64,000 nt of DNA from Amoebidium appalachense (GCA_963693365.1 CAVNZM010000002.1:10100328-10164327), one strand, 5' to 3'; shown: positions 15,969 through 31,226, counted from the stretch's first letter. The notes: a model not told the origin generated them from the sequence alone. Translations and numbers: made by a program.

Positions 15969-17294
15969 GTCACACACACAAACACGCATCATTTTTTGTA
16001 TCATTTTGCACTGGAATCCGATCTGTACATCTGCAGAGCTGACTTTTGCATTCAGCTTAGACAGGACCCCCCCTCCCCCCTCTCCCCCCCCCCCCTCCCC
16101 CCCCCCCCTCCCGCCCTCGTATAAAATACGGTATTTATGGACGGGTTGGACAACATTCCCGGGGCCGCTTGACATCCACCATACATCAATTCGTCAAGAT
16201 TACGGCCACTGTTATTGTGACGGTCACGGTCAGCTTTCAAAGTGCAACGATATTCAATAATCGAACCGCAAGTAAGACAACCCCCGGACGGTTACCTGAG
16301 CCACGACAAATATAGGTGTGTCAGCCATTCAATTTGAAACCAAACACTTGCACACCGTCGGCCAGCCTCCCTACTGCTAGCTCACCCTTTGGCCCACCCC
16401 TCCGTTGCAAGCTCCTCCCGTCCCCCTCCCTCCCCCTCCCCCCCACCGCCCCCACTCTTATTTGATGATTGGCTATTCTCAATATTCTGTCTGGGACAGT
16501 TACTATGCGCGTGCTTTTGGGCCAAGAGGTTTTTTGAAACACAGCAAGAAGGCCGTTTAAATTTAATCTTTGTGTCTGTACATGTGGGCTCCGAGGGGGG
16601 GAGGGGAGGGGAGGGGGGGGGGGGGGGGGGGGGGGACAGGGGCCAGGGGTTGAGGGGTGGAGGTGGGGGAGAGGCCTAGGGAAAGGAAGGGATGGGAGGT
16701 TGGGGGGGAGGGAGGAGGTAGGGAGCCTGGGGGTTGAAAGGGGATTACTCTTAAGTGACAATCATATGTAAGAGGCCCAGTTCACTGCTTGTAATAAGAT
16801 AATATGATGATCTGGTGCCACATGAATGTAAAAGTTGCTGGGCTGTAGTAGGGTTATATATCTACCCCCCCCCCCCCCCCCCCCCCGGGGGGGGCTCAGT
16901 CTGCCCCGCGGTCGGGGAAGGGTTGTGGTTGGGTGAGCGGGTTTGGGGAGGGGAGGGGGGGGGGGGGGGGGGGGGGGGAGAGGGGGGGGGAGGGGGAAGG
17001 AGGAAAGGTGGGAGCGCGGGAGGAGGGCCCATACATTATGCGTATGTAGGGACATTCTAGTGCTGTACAGAGCACAGGCCCCAAGATTGCCACGGCCAAT
17101 TGGGCAGGCTAGATGCATAGGGTACATGATAGTCCGGACACACGTAAGGTGTACACACGCACATACGTACACACACTCCGAGACTCAAATTACACACACA
17201 GGCCCCACGTGGGCATGCGCACATGCACACCTGTAAAGAAAAGCACACACAAGCCATGCACCGCACAATATTTGACACCTGGCAGACACACCAC

Positions 17295-17430
<136 letters not shown>

Positions 17431-17476
17431 GACTTTCTTTGGCTCCCCGGGGCCCCAGAACATGAGCCTGGAAAAT

Positions 17477-17516
<40 letters not shown>

Positions 17517-18016
17517 AGCTATTTGGAATATGATACGGCACCATTGAGGACGAAATAAAGCAGCCAGAATTCTTCGAAGGGGGAGGCAGGTTCCGGGGTG
17601 GGGGGGAGGGGTAATGGGGAGGAAAGCTGGATCGTATAACAAATAACAAGAGAAATGTTTCGCAGGGCCTGTGTGTAGTGGGTGTGTGTTGTGTCCCCAC
17701 CGTGGCGAGTGCACGTGGTGCGTGACGATCGCCCTAATCAGAATATTTAAATCTATTTGGTTTGTTTACATTTCGTTGGTGCTGGACGATCCAATCAGGT
17801 GCTGGACTCAGGGGTTGAAGCCAAGGGGGTCAACACGAGCAACGCTGTGAGGTGCTGTGGTGGTTTTTCGTAGCAGCGAAATAGGCCACAAAAGTGTATT
17901 TTGGCGTGTTTTAATACAAAATGGGTGTTTTCTCAGGTAAAGATGGTCAGGTGGTTATTTTGGCACTCCAGAACGGAATATGAAGCCCTGTTTTGTCTAT
18001 CGGGAAGTGTACAAAA

Positions 18017-19086
<1,070 letters not shown>

Positions 19087-19177
19087 CCGGCGGCCCAAGC
19101 CACGTGTATTTCGCCTCGCGCAATAACTTTGGATGCACAAAAATCTGCTGATGTCAGTTATCCGTGTGGCAAAATGA

Positions 19178-19212
<35 letters not shown>

Positions 19213-19562
19213 CCTCTCAACACTTCTGCGCCTTCCCTCCCTCCATCCCCCCCCCCCCCTCATCCCCCCCCCCCCCCCCCCCCCCCCTCCGATCATCCCC
19301 GTACCCCCACCACAAGGACCTACACATCAACATCTCTCGCCCAAAATGCAACACTGTGAGGAAGCAATGGGGCTATATTAAAAGGCGAGGAGAGGAGGGG
19401 TGGGCAAGGGCCGGAGGACTCCTGGGAGAGGGGGGGATTATGTCCGAAAACAGAGGGAAAGAGGGTTGGTGTCGTGAAAAAAGAGAGAGGGGGGGGGAAG
19501 GGGAGGGGGCGTTGATATTTGGATATTGAGATATTAATGGAGAGTTGGGGGGGTAAGGTGAA

Positions 19563-19596
<34 letters not shown>

Positions 19597-19810
19597 ACTA
19601 AAGAGAGGGAAAGAGGATCGGAGGGTGGGTGGACATGAAGAGAAATTGGGGGAGGGGGAGGGGGGAGGGGGGAGAGGGCTACCGTGGTTGCGACCGGCAT
19701 GGTGTGGGTGTTTGTTCAAGAAGGCAAGATAGAACATCGTGTCGTAGCGAAGGGGTACCTGCATGGGTGTCACCCTGTGTGTGTGTGCGTGTGCGTGTGT
19801 GTGTGTGACG

Positions 19811-19843
<33 letters not shown>

Positions 19844-19858
19844 TTTGTGTGTACTATG

Positions 19859-19898
<40 letters not shown>

Positions 19899-19978
19899 TT
19901 GTGTGTGTGTGTTTTTGTGTGTGTGTGTGTGTGATTGTATGTGTGTGGCGTGTGTGCGTGTGTGTGTGGACGTGTGTA

Positions 19979-20025
<47 letters not shown>

Positions 20026-20033
20026 GCGCGTGT

Positions 20034-20102
<69 letters not shown>

Positions 20103-20401
20103 TGTGTGTGTATATGTGTCTATAGGTAGAGCTATATTTGAATGCCCTTTTCTTAGGCCGGGTATCGATGTGGGAAAGAAGAAGGGGGGCCGGGGGGGGG
20201 GGGGGGGGGAAGGGGGGAGGATGGATGGGAAGGAAGCACGTGTCCTTGTGTACACATGATATCAAAGGCTGTGCAAGAGCTGTGTGGGAGGTGGTTGTGG
20301 TATTATTTGTGAGTACACACGTGTGCCTGGTTGTGTGTGTTTTTGTGTGTGCTCTACGGTGATAGCGAGAGAGACAAAGTTTTTGCGCATGTGTATGTTT
20401 A

Positions 20402-20454
<53 letters not shown>

Positions 20455-21170
20455 ACGAGCGCGTGCGCAAGTGCGACTGCTCTTTCAACTTGGTTTATTC
20501 TTTTTTTTGCCTTTCCCTTTTTTCTTTTGTCTTTTTTTGGAGGAGGGGGAAGGCAACTGGGGGGGGGGGGGGGGGGGGGGGGGGTAGGGGGGGAGGAGGG
20601 GTTAAAGGGGTTGGGGGTGGGGGGGGGGGGTTATATCGTGTGGTTGACGGGATGTGGAATGTGGTTTGAGCGTGTTTTGGGTACCCAAAGGGAGGGGAGG
20701 AGGGGGGATAATGGTTGGTGGCCGGGCTGTGTGTGGAACAGCAAAAGACCTGGTCTGTGGACATAAAGGACACATGGGCGAGTGGGACGGGGGGGGGGGG
20801 GGGGGGGGGGGGGGGGGAGCTATCAGCGGCTTCTATGGTATTTACTTCGAGTATTATTGTCGAGAATTATTGCAGGAGTGATAGGCGGAGCGCTGGAAAG
20901 AGGGTGATATATTCTTTCCTCTGTATGCATGTCAAAATGTTCTACCATGTGTGTATGTGTGGGTGTGAGGGAGGAGGGGAGGGGGGGGGAGGGAGAAACA
21001 AAGCAAGACCCTACATCCCAACGAGCCCACAGTAGAAGATCCTCCACAGCCGGCACCCATTTTTGGTTTCTCAGACACCAAATTATGAACAGGTCTCTGG
21101 GGCCGGGCTACATAGCACGATAGAGCCTCAGACTCAGAGCCTCAGAGGACCCTGTTTGCGGTGGGTGGCC

Positions 21171-21201
<31 letters not shown>

Positions 21202-21212
21202 TGTGGGTGTGT

Positions 21213-21302
<90 letters not shown>

Positions 21303-21325
21303 GCGTGTGCGTGTGTGTCTGTGTG

Positions 21326-21419
<94 letters not shown>

Positions 21420-21498
21420 CATGTATGTGCATGTGTGTGTATGTGTGTGTGTGTGTGTGTGTTTGAGTGTGTGTGTGTGTGTGCATGTGTGTGGGTGT

Positions 21499-21543
<45 letters not shown>

Positions 21544-21562
21544 CGATGTGTATGCGTGTGTG

Positions 21563-21665
<103 letters not shown>

Positions 21666-22081
21666 GTGTTGGGGGGGGTGAAGAAGAAAGAAAGGAAGGA
21701 AAGAAGAAAGTGTAAACTTGATATTTGAAAGAAAGAAATAACTGGAAATAAATACATACTATTGAACAACAAGGATAGAATATATGCTGAAATCAGAAAA
21801 CAGAACTAAAATGCATAACAAAATTGCGAACTATTGCAAAACAGAACGACTTCGCTGCTTGCAGAATTACCGTACGGCGGTCACGGTGACCTTCCTGAAA
21901 AAGCAGACCCAGAAGCCTTCTGAAATAATCAACAGAAATTTCCGGAACTATTCTACTAAAAGGGGAATAATTACTCAGCTCCAAGCAGAACGTTAACTAC
22001 ACCAATCTGCCTTTGGATCTGGCTTCAAGGCCCGGGGTGACAAATGAGATTTGACAATAAGATCGATATAGTGCTCCCCCC

Positions 22082-22112
<31 letters not shown>

Positions 22113-22839
22113 AAAAAAAAAAAAAAATCAAGATAACAGACCCTACCAACCCTGGTAGTTTCAAAAATATGCACCCTCCCCCTCCCGGGACCCCCTTCTT
22201 CCCCCCCCCCCCCCCCCCCCCTATCCCCTGACGTTATTTGAACATGAGTGAGGCTATGTTTTCGAAGAATGAAGATAGTAAGACAATGTAGCATGATAAT
22301 AATTCAGTCACCAACTGATTTAGCAAGAGCAGGTCTAGGATTGTTGTGCAAATTTAAAGGTAGAAAGGTAGACTTATGCTGCTAAAAGATAATCATTGCT
22401 CCGTGCTTATGAGACAGTTTTATATCTGAGAAGTGATGGCAGCTTGTGAACCATGGTTTTGATTCCTTGATTATAAGTCAACGTAACAGTCTGCTGTATA
22501 ATAATTACTATAGTATCGATACCGTTCCATATGGCATCAGGTACATTATCACGGATACTAGTGTATGTATGTCATCGATATCGATACCGGCCGGGTTACA
22601 CAAGCACACAAATGTACAGTCACAGTGTCGCACACACACGTACACGTGTCACCACACAAACGCACATGCACACCCACATTCGCACACATGCAAGCGCGTG
22701 TAGGCGCGGGCACTCAACTGAGCACAAGCACAGACGCACACACATCCGTACGCATCCACACACACATACGCACACACACGCACACGCACACGCACACGCA
22801 CACATACACACACACACACACAGTGTCACATCAGCTGTG

Positions 22840-22891
<52 letters not shown>

Positions 22892-22940
22892 GCTGTGCTC
22901 ATGAAGAGCATCTTCTAAAACCCGTGCCTTTACTACTCTT

Positions 22941-22981
<41 letters not shown>

Positions 22982-23601
22982 AAAAAAAAAAAAAAACTGG
23001 GAAAAGAGAAGTGCCATGCATGATGGATCTGCTCCGCGAGTCGGTACGTGCCGACAGGGCTGACGCTCATTGTGTCCGAGTCATACACCTTGTAAGCCGG
23101 GGAGATCTTTCTAAGATATCTAGGTATGCATCTATCCCGGGATATGTGTAGGAACCGCAGCCTCCCATGCCCTTGCCTGCTGCAACTAAATTTTCTCTAG
23201 AGCTCGCCGGTACCATTGAATCTAACTTGAGCGAAGGCTTTTTTTTGGCTTCTTCTAGTGAAATGAAATGGTCAACTGCCTAATTTGGTGATGCCCTCTG
23301 CAGCCTGAGACGGCAATGAAAAAGTATTTCTCTCTTGTCGGTCATGGTGTTTCGATTTTTTTCTGTGGCTAGACTAACGTCTTTTACAATCATTTAGTAG
23401 TACATGATAAACTGTGACAAATAAATAAATAAGAAAAACAAAAGCTGGAAAAAAGGGCATGACATTTTTGCGTCCGAACGTTCCCCATGTCGAGCCAATG
23501 CTCTAGGAGTGCATGCCTCGAGGTTTTCTCCTCTGCTCATAAACGTAGGAGCGATCCCTCGAGCTCTCCTCCCCCGGCCCCTCTCCCCCTCCCTCCCTCC
23601 C

Positions 23602-23638
<37 letters not shown>

Positions 23639-23875
23639 CCTCCCCCACCCCTGGCCCCTCCCTCAAAAAAAAAACCCCCCTACAACCTACGTAAGCAAAA
23701 TAAAATTAAAAATAATTTTATAAAAAATAAAACGCTCCGGCAGGATGGATAGGTTTTGTAGGGGGGAGGAGGGGGGGAGGGGGGAGGAGGAGGGGGGGAG
23801 GGGGGAGGAGGGGGGAGCCCATAGAACCCTTCAGGTATAGAATATAGAACCTTTACCTACGTATACTGTAACTAT

Positions 23876-24023
23876 TATCTTTCAGGTGCGACATAATATG
23901 TGAGCAAAGTCCCTCGTCCACATAATTTCTTTGCCTCGAGTAAACACTCTTTGCCTCGAGTAAACAGTCTTTGCCTCGAGTAAACAGCGTAAACCCCACA
24001 TAATATCTCGCACCTTAAAGATA
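23876..24023. mobile_element. MITE-like element with ~27-bp terminal inverted repeats and an internal 3x ~20-bp tandem repeat
   Basis: Left end TATCTTTCAGGTGCGACATAATATGTG vs reverse complement of the right end TATCTTTAAGGTGCGAGATATTATGTG. Internal (TCTTTGCCTCGAGTAAACA)x3. Confidence 0.55.
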
Positions 24024-24752
24024 GTATATACCGTAACGTCCAAACGTTCCTAAAAAAATCATTAGCATGTATCGATCCGGCTACCGAAGCTGGAGCTCGA
24101 TTGAGGGGGCAGGGGGTCAGGGGGGTTAGGGGGGCCCGGAGAAAGAAGGGAGGGGGAAGAGGGGGGAGGCTGTGACAGAAAGGGAGGGGGGAGGGGGGAG
24201 GGGGGGGGGGGGGGCTGTGCGTTTCTGGCAGATCTACCTCTTGACTAGAGATCAGTCTTGAAGATCATGTTTGTAGAATAAAACGGGTGAAAGAAATTTC
24301 CCCGGGTTCCGATCTAAGCCGCTGTAAAAAGAGTCGTGCGTGGGCGAAAGAGAACAACAGAGGACTCTATGTAGTGTACGTTTTGGTGCATGTGTGGCAC
24401 GAATAGAAAACCTAGAGAACTTGAACAAACGCCTGTTTGTTTGTTTGTGCTATTTTGTATGCGTGCAATCACGGTGTGTGTGTGTGTGTGCATGTACACG
24501 TGCGTGTGTGTGCGTGTGCACATGTGTACGTGTGTGTGTGTGTGTGTGTGCGTGTGTGTGTGTTCGTGCATGTACACGTGCATGTATGTGTGTGTGCCAC
24601 GGTGTACGTGTGTGTGTGTGTGTGTGCGTGTGTGTGTGTGCGTGCATGTAGACGTGCGTGTGTTTGCGCGCGCGCGTGTGTGTGTATGTGTGTATGTGTG
24701 TGCATGTGTGTGTGTGTCGGTGTGTATCATGTGCATGTGTGTGAATGTGAAG

Positions 24753-24819
<67 letters not shown>

Positions 24820-24978
24820 GTGTGTTTGTGTGTTTTTTTGTGTGTGTGTGTTTGTGTACGGTGTGTGTTTGTGTATTTGCGTGTGTGTGTGTGTGTGTGC
24901 TCCAGTGTTTGTGTGTGTGCCACAAGGTGGGTGTGTAAAGTAGTCACCCCTCTCTCAATATATCCGCTCTGAGGGGTG

Positions 24979-25172
24979 ACCCGCAACATGATAGTATGCA
25001 CATGTATGCAAATATGTGCAAATACTGGCATCCCGACATATGCTAATCACGGCGTGATACTTGTATGCAGATATATGCATCACCATATGTGCAACTTGCC
25101 GTGATTAGCATATGTCGGGATGCCAGTATTTGCACATATTTGCATACATGTGCATACTATCATGTTGCGGGT
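24979..25172. repeat. Perfect 75-bp inverted repeat (44-nt loop), flanked by two smaller hairpins
   Basis: 24979-25053 is the reverse complement of 25098-25172. Further stems at 24943-24952/24971-24980 and 25171-25192/25226-25247. Confidence 0.9.
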
Positions 25173-25289
25173 TACACAGACAGAGGGGCGGGTGACCCTT
25201 TCTCTGTCCGATAAACCCCTCGGAGCCCGCCCCTCTGTCTGTGTAACTCAGCATACTACGGTGAAGTTCCTTTTCAACTCTTCCCCCCT

Positions 25290-25326
25290 ATAACGCCCGG
25301 AAGCAGGGGTACTGGGGGCGGGAGGG

Positions 25327-25365
<39 letters not shown>

Positions 25366-25630
25366 CAAGAGGAGGGAATTAGATACTTCAGAATCAGCCC
25401 CCCCTCCCCCTTACCCCTCCCATCCCACATCCCCCACCACTTTTCGTTGTGGTTATACAATCCCTAACCGGCTTTACCTCCCACGTTTCGTTTTTCAAAA
25501 CGACTATTAATAAAACTTTGTGCAAACCAGTATGGCCTCACGGGCATAATCATAATCATGCCGGTTTGCCGCGGCCTATACTCAGATATTCAGCTTAGAG
25601 TTTTCATAAATGATTACGGCCCGATTTAAA
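25290..25630 (+). repeat. Dispersed repeat, diverged copy of ~62000-62320
   Basis: Shared blocks in the same order: GCCCGGAAGCA, CCCATCCCACATCCCCCACCA, ACAATCCC.AACCGGCTT, GGCCTCACGGG.ATAAT.ATAATCATG. Confidence 0.7.
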
Positions 25631-25643
25631 GATAACTAATGCA

Positions 25644-25726
<83 letters not shown>

Positions 25727-25727
<1 letters not shown>

Positions 25728-25903
25728 TTTTTTTAATCCGTTTTGTTCCCGGAGTTAACCCTTGGGGCCCTCATGGGGAACTACCGTCTTCCACCCAGCA
25801 CCGACAGTAGTCTAGCTAAGGTGCTACGGTATTATTAGCTAAGCTAACACACTCTAAACAATTTCTAACTATTTGCACACACTTAGCCCAGGGTATTCAC
25901 CCC
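25727..25903 (-). mobile_element. Non-LTR retroelement 3'-end-like dispersed repeat (inverted relative to 59194-59382)
   Basis: Reverse complement aligns over ~170 bp with 59194-59366. An oligo(T) at the left end is the A tail on the minus strand. Confidence 0.6.
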
Positions 25904-26480
25904 AGTCACGCCGGTGGGTAGCACCAGGCTTCCCCTCCACTCAAGACCTACGAACAAACTTTAAAACCGGGCTCTCACTGGTTGGTCTTTAAAAAAAAAA
26001 AAAGTGGTGTGGTGTGGGTGGGGCCTAGAGGGAATATGGATGTATCGTGGGGTCTGGTGGTTGTGGGTTGCTACCAGCAGAATATGGTGTTGTACATAGA
26101 GGGTGGCTACGGTGTAGTGATCTAGGAGCCGTATGTTGCATGGTTGGTTGGTTCTGTGGGTGTGTCTGCAGGTTGGGCATGCTGGCTGTGTGTGTGTTGG
26201 GTTCAAGTTGTGTGTGTGTGTTTGTGGTTTGGGTTTCGGGGGGGCTCTACCTCTCTGTCTACGTGTGGTGTTGGGGTGTTTGTGCATCTTGGGGTGTGTG
26301 GGTGGAAGGGTCGTGTTACGTGGTGTCCAAATTTTGAAGAAGAAAAAGGTTTGCAATTCTACTGTAACATTACCTAAAATGACTCGTGTCGTGGGGGGGA
26401 GGGGAGGACTAGGCACTGGTAACAATTGCCTGTGCATGTACGAACTTCAGGGTGCATGGTGTGTGTGTGCCCCCCCTCCC

Positions 26481-26521
<41 letters not shown>

Positions 26522-26896
26522 AAAAAAAAAAAAAGAGTCACGCAGCCCAGAAGAGGGAACCACAGGGCGACGGATTGAGAGGGGGGGGGGGGGGGGGGGG
26601 GGGGGGTAGGAGAGGGGGTAGGAGAGGGGGAGACGGTCTATGTGGACTGGCAGTGTGGTGTGTGTATGTGTGTGTGCTATGACATACACAGTGTGTGTGT
26701 GCCACGGTTTGTGTGGTGTGTGTGTGTGCCACGGTTTGTGCGGTGTGTGTGCGCCATGGTTTTTTGCGATGTGTGTGTGTGTGTGTGCGTGTGTGTGTGT
26801 GTGTGTATGTGTGTATGTATGTAGTGTGTGTACATGTGTGTGTGCACGTGTGTGTATGTGTGTGTGTGTATGTGTGTACATGTCACAGCTGTGTGT

Positions 26897-27012
<116 letters not shown>

Positions 27013-27109
27013 ACTCCTATGTGGACAGTGTGGTGTGTGTATGTGTGTGTGCCATGACACACACAGCGTGTGTGTGCCTGGCCCACGGTTTGTGCGGTGT
27101 GTGCAGTGT

Positions 27110-27141
<32 letters not shown>

Positions 27142-27204
27142 TTGCGCGCGCGTGCGTGTATGTTGGGCAGGCGGGCAGATGTGTGCCACTGCCGGGTGGG
27201 CGGG

Positions 27205-27252
<48 letters not shown>

Positions 27253-27663
27253 TGGATCCGGAACTGAGTGATTTTGTCAAGCAGTAAGCTACTAGTGCCA
27301 TAGTGGTAGCCAAGGCTACATACAAATTATAACGCGTGTTGTGAATCAATCACCCGTACGGTGTGGTATCCACACTGTGAGATTGAAATCGGCACATATC
27401 GTAACTTGTACTTCAGGCCGAGTGGACTTGCATTTGCAGCGATGTAAAAAAATCGGTAGCAAAATTTAAAGTCAGAGATCGCTCAAGCTTTTATTATGCG
27501 GTTAAAGGTAAAGTCACCGCAAACAAACTGCATAAAAACAAAAAACAAAAGAATCTGATCTTTCAACCAGGCAGTAGATGTGCCATTCAGTTTATGAGTC
27601 TGGCATTTACTGTACTTATGGTTACAAAATGAACCCCCGATCATTCCAAAACGAAAGCACTGA

Positions 27664-27807
27664 GTGGGGCCACGCTTACATGGACATTTCTATATAAGGC
27701 TTCGACCACGCTCAAGCCGGTAGGCCCACGCTTCGTGGGGCCATACGCTTACATGGACATTTCTATATAAGGCTTCGACCACGCTCAAGCCGGTAGGCCC
27801 ACGCTTC
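27664..27807. repeat. ~72-bp tandem duplication downstream of the minus-strand gene
   Basis: 27664-27734 and 27735-27807 are near-identical (GTGGGGCCA..CGCTTACATGGACATTTCTATATAAGGCTTCGACCACGCTCAAGCCGGTAGGCCCACGCTTC). Confidence 0.92.
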
Positions 27808-27960
27808 AACTACTGTAAACACAAACACTAGACATACACACGGCTCCATGCCGCACATGTCATGGATGGTCCTGTATCGCTACCCCGGTATGTGCCCATA
27901 TCCGAAACCCCGATTTCACTCTTTCAAAATTTAAAAACCAATTTTAATATTTAAATTAGA

Positions 27961-29718
27961 TTAAACACCCTGCTGATTAGCTCTCATGTTTGCAAATGCA
28001 TCCCAACTCCCACTAGCACATAAATTTGTGTTCACAGCATTCACAGACCCCAATCCTGCCCCATCCAAACCGTTTGGGCCAGTTTGGTAACCCGACATCA
28101 CGTCCATGCTCAGCGTTGACATTCCAAGGCGGGCCACGGACGACGAGTGGGCCAAAAGTCCCGTAGTGCTGGACCGGCTGATGAAACTGTCCATGTTAGT
28201 CAGCGAGGGCATAGGTCCTGCTAGGCTTCCCTCTTTTTCCTTCATTCTTGAGGTCCTGGAGATTCTCCAACGCCAAACAACAGCCAGCACAATGCCGAAG
28301 CAGCAAACCAGTGCTGCCAACACAGACGCTATCGCAATGACAATCACAAAAGTGCTATCGCTGGGTGGTTGTTCCTCCTCCTTTGCCTGGGCCGAGTCTC
28401 CCTTCGGTGGTGCCGCCGTCACCCGCGGAAGTGAGATGCCGAAATCGGTCGACACAGATTGCGTCTCAGCGGCCCGGGCTTCACGGTCATAACTCTCATC
28501 GTGCCTTAGAACCTCCTCACCGTAGTATTTCTCGTACTCGTGCCTGTAGTAGTTCCCGTAGTCGTTTGGTTTGGGCAGTGATACGTCACGGCGTCGACGG
28601 CGTCTCGTCGTGTCAAGATAGTCGACCCGTACAAGGAAAGTGAGGGTCACGTTGGAACTGTTGGTGTTGGCACGAGGGCACGCAAGCTCCGAATTGACGG
28701 GAATGCGCATGTGGATCATTGGCGGCACATTGGCAGTGCCCCGCACAAACATTTGGTCGAGTTTAGTTATCGGATTCATCCAGTTGGGCCAAAGGGTGCA
28801 CGAGGACTGGCCGACCGTACGCGTGGCCTCCAAAACCACCGCTGTCTCTATGCCCACGCCGGTTTCGTTGGTCCAGATCAGAATTGACCAGAAAGAGGTT
28901 TCCTGGATCGCAAATGTGCGATTAGGCCGCTCGCCAATGAAGCTCTGGTCTGGGCGCAACACGATAGCCAATGAAAACAAAGCGTCGAGGGTGTACTCGG
29001 TATCGTCGCAAAATTCGCTCGTGTCGATGGTAAAGGTTATGTTTGCGCTCCCTCCCTTGGGCAGAGAACATGTCGCAGAGGTGGGGTCCAAACACACAAT
29101 GGGCAAATCCATGATCATGTATGTTCCCGTGAGATCGCAAGCAGTGATATTGAAAGTCAATGTCTGGTTGCACACACCACCCGCCCTGACATTGGTGCAC
29201 TTCGGGCTGACAATCCAAAGAGACGTGTTAACCCGCCAATCATCCGAGGCGGTTACATTTAATCGCCCCGTGGCATTGGAGGGTACGGTGAACGGAAACG
29301 GCAGACTGATAGAAAGCTCCACAATGCTCTCGTTGGCGCTGATGGCTTCAGCATCCACTCTGGTGATGGCCGCCTGTGTGGATTTGGTTAGATAGTGGCA
29401 ACTTGAAGGAAGGGGAAGGTGAGAGAGGGCATGTTTGGTGGGCCTGGTGAAGGTACAGGCAGGTGGGGTGGGTATGTGTGTGTCTGGGGGGGAGAGGGGG
29501 GGGAGGAGGGAAAGAGAGAGGTGGACGGGAGAGGGGGGACGGGTAGATAGAGTGAGTGAGTGTGAGAGAGAGGGAGAGAGAGAGACAGAGAGAGGAGAGA
29601 GAGAGAGGGGGGGGGGGGGGGGGGGGAGGGGAGGGGAGATAAGACTCAGTGGGGGGGAAAGAGAGAGAGAGAGTGTGTGTGTGTGTGTGTGTGAGTCCGA
29701 GAGAGGGAGAGAGGGAGG

Positions 29719-29771
<53 letters not shown>

Positions 29772-29908
29772 CGCGAGAGGGAGACTGGGGGAGAGGCAGG
29801 GAGAGAGAGAGAGAGCGAGAGGGTGAGAGAAAGCCGGAGAGAGGGTGAGAGAAAGCCGGAGAGAGACACACCGTGGGAGACACAGACACACAAAAGACAG
29901 AGAGAGGA

Positions 29909-29939
<31 letters not shown>

Positions 29940-30483
29940 GAGAGAGAAAGAGATAGGGGGAGAGGGAGAGAGAAAGAGATAGGGGGAGAGAGAGAGAGAG
30001 AAAGAGAGAGGCAGGGAGGGAGAGAGGGAGACAGAGAGATGTATGGGTGGGGGAGAGGGCGAGGTGGGGAGGGAGAGAGCGAGAGCGAGAGAGAGCCTCG
30101 GGAGGGAGGGAGAAAGAGAGAGAGTGAGGGCGAGAGAGAGGGGGAGAGTGACAAGAGACAGACAGAGAGACACACACAGAGAGAGAGAGAGAGGGAGAGA
30201 GACGGAGGGAGAGAGGGAGGGAGGGAGGAAGTGATGGATGGAGGGAGATAGGGGGGGGGGGGGGGGGGGCGCCACGGGGGAGGGGGGGGAGGGGGGAAGA
30301 GGGAGAAAGAGACAAAGACTCAGTCGGACAGAGAGGGAGAGTGTGTGTGTTGAGTCCGAGAGGGGGGGGGGGGGGGGGGAGAAAGAGAGAGAGAAAGAGA
30401 GAGAAAGAAAGAGAGAGAGCGAGAGACTCGGGGGGGGGGGGGGTTTGGGAGAGAGAGGGGGGGGGGGGAAGACTCGGGGAGAG

Positions 30484-30522
<39 letters not shown>

Positions 30523-30643
30523 GAGAGAAAGAGAGAGAGAGAGCGAGAGAGAGGCAGAGATAGAAAGAGTGAGAGAGGGGGACAGAGAGAGAGGGAGAGA
30601 GACACACACACGGTGTGAGACACACCCACACAAAAAACAGAGA

Positions 30644-30708
<65 letters not shown>

Positions 30709-30773
30709 GGGGGTGGGAGGAAGGGGGCCCCGGGAGAGCGAGGGATTGGGAAGGAGAGAGCGTGGGGGCAAAG

Positions 30774-30814
<41 letters not shown>

Positions 30815-31195
30815 GAGGGAGGGAGAGAGAGGGGGGTGAAAGGGGGGGAAGAAGGGAGAGAGAGGGAGACTGAGGGAGACTGAGAGTGAGACTCCGAGAC
30901 AGGAGGGGAGGGAAAAAGAGAGGGGGGGGGGGGGGGGGGGGAGCGCGAGAGACAAAGGAGAGGGGGGGGGGTTGGGGAGAGAGATCCATTCAGATAACTG
31001 CACGGACTGGAAGAGAGAGGGAAAGAGAGGAGGAGAGGGAGAGGGAGAGAGAGGGTCACAGGGGGAAGAGGGGGGGGGGGGGGGGGGGGCAGGGGGGGAG
31101 AGAGAGAGAGAGTGCGAGGGAGAGAGAAAGAGAGAGAGAAGGGAGGGAGGACAGAAGAGGGGGTGAGGGGAAGACAGACAGAGTCAGACAGAGAG

Positions 31196-31226
<31 letters not shown>

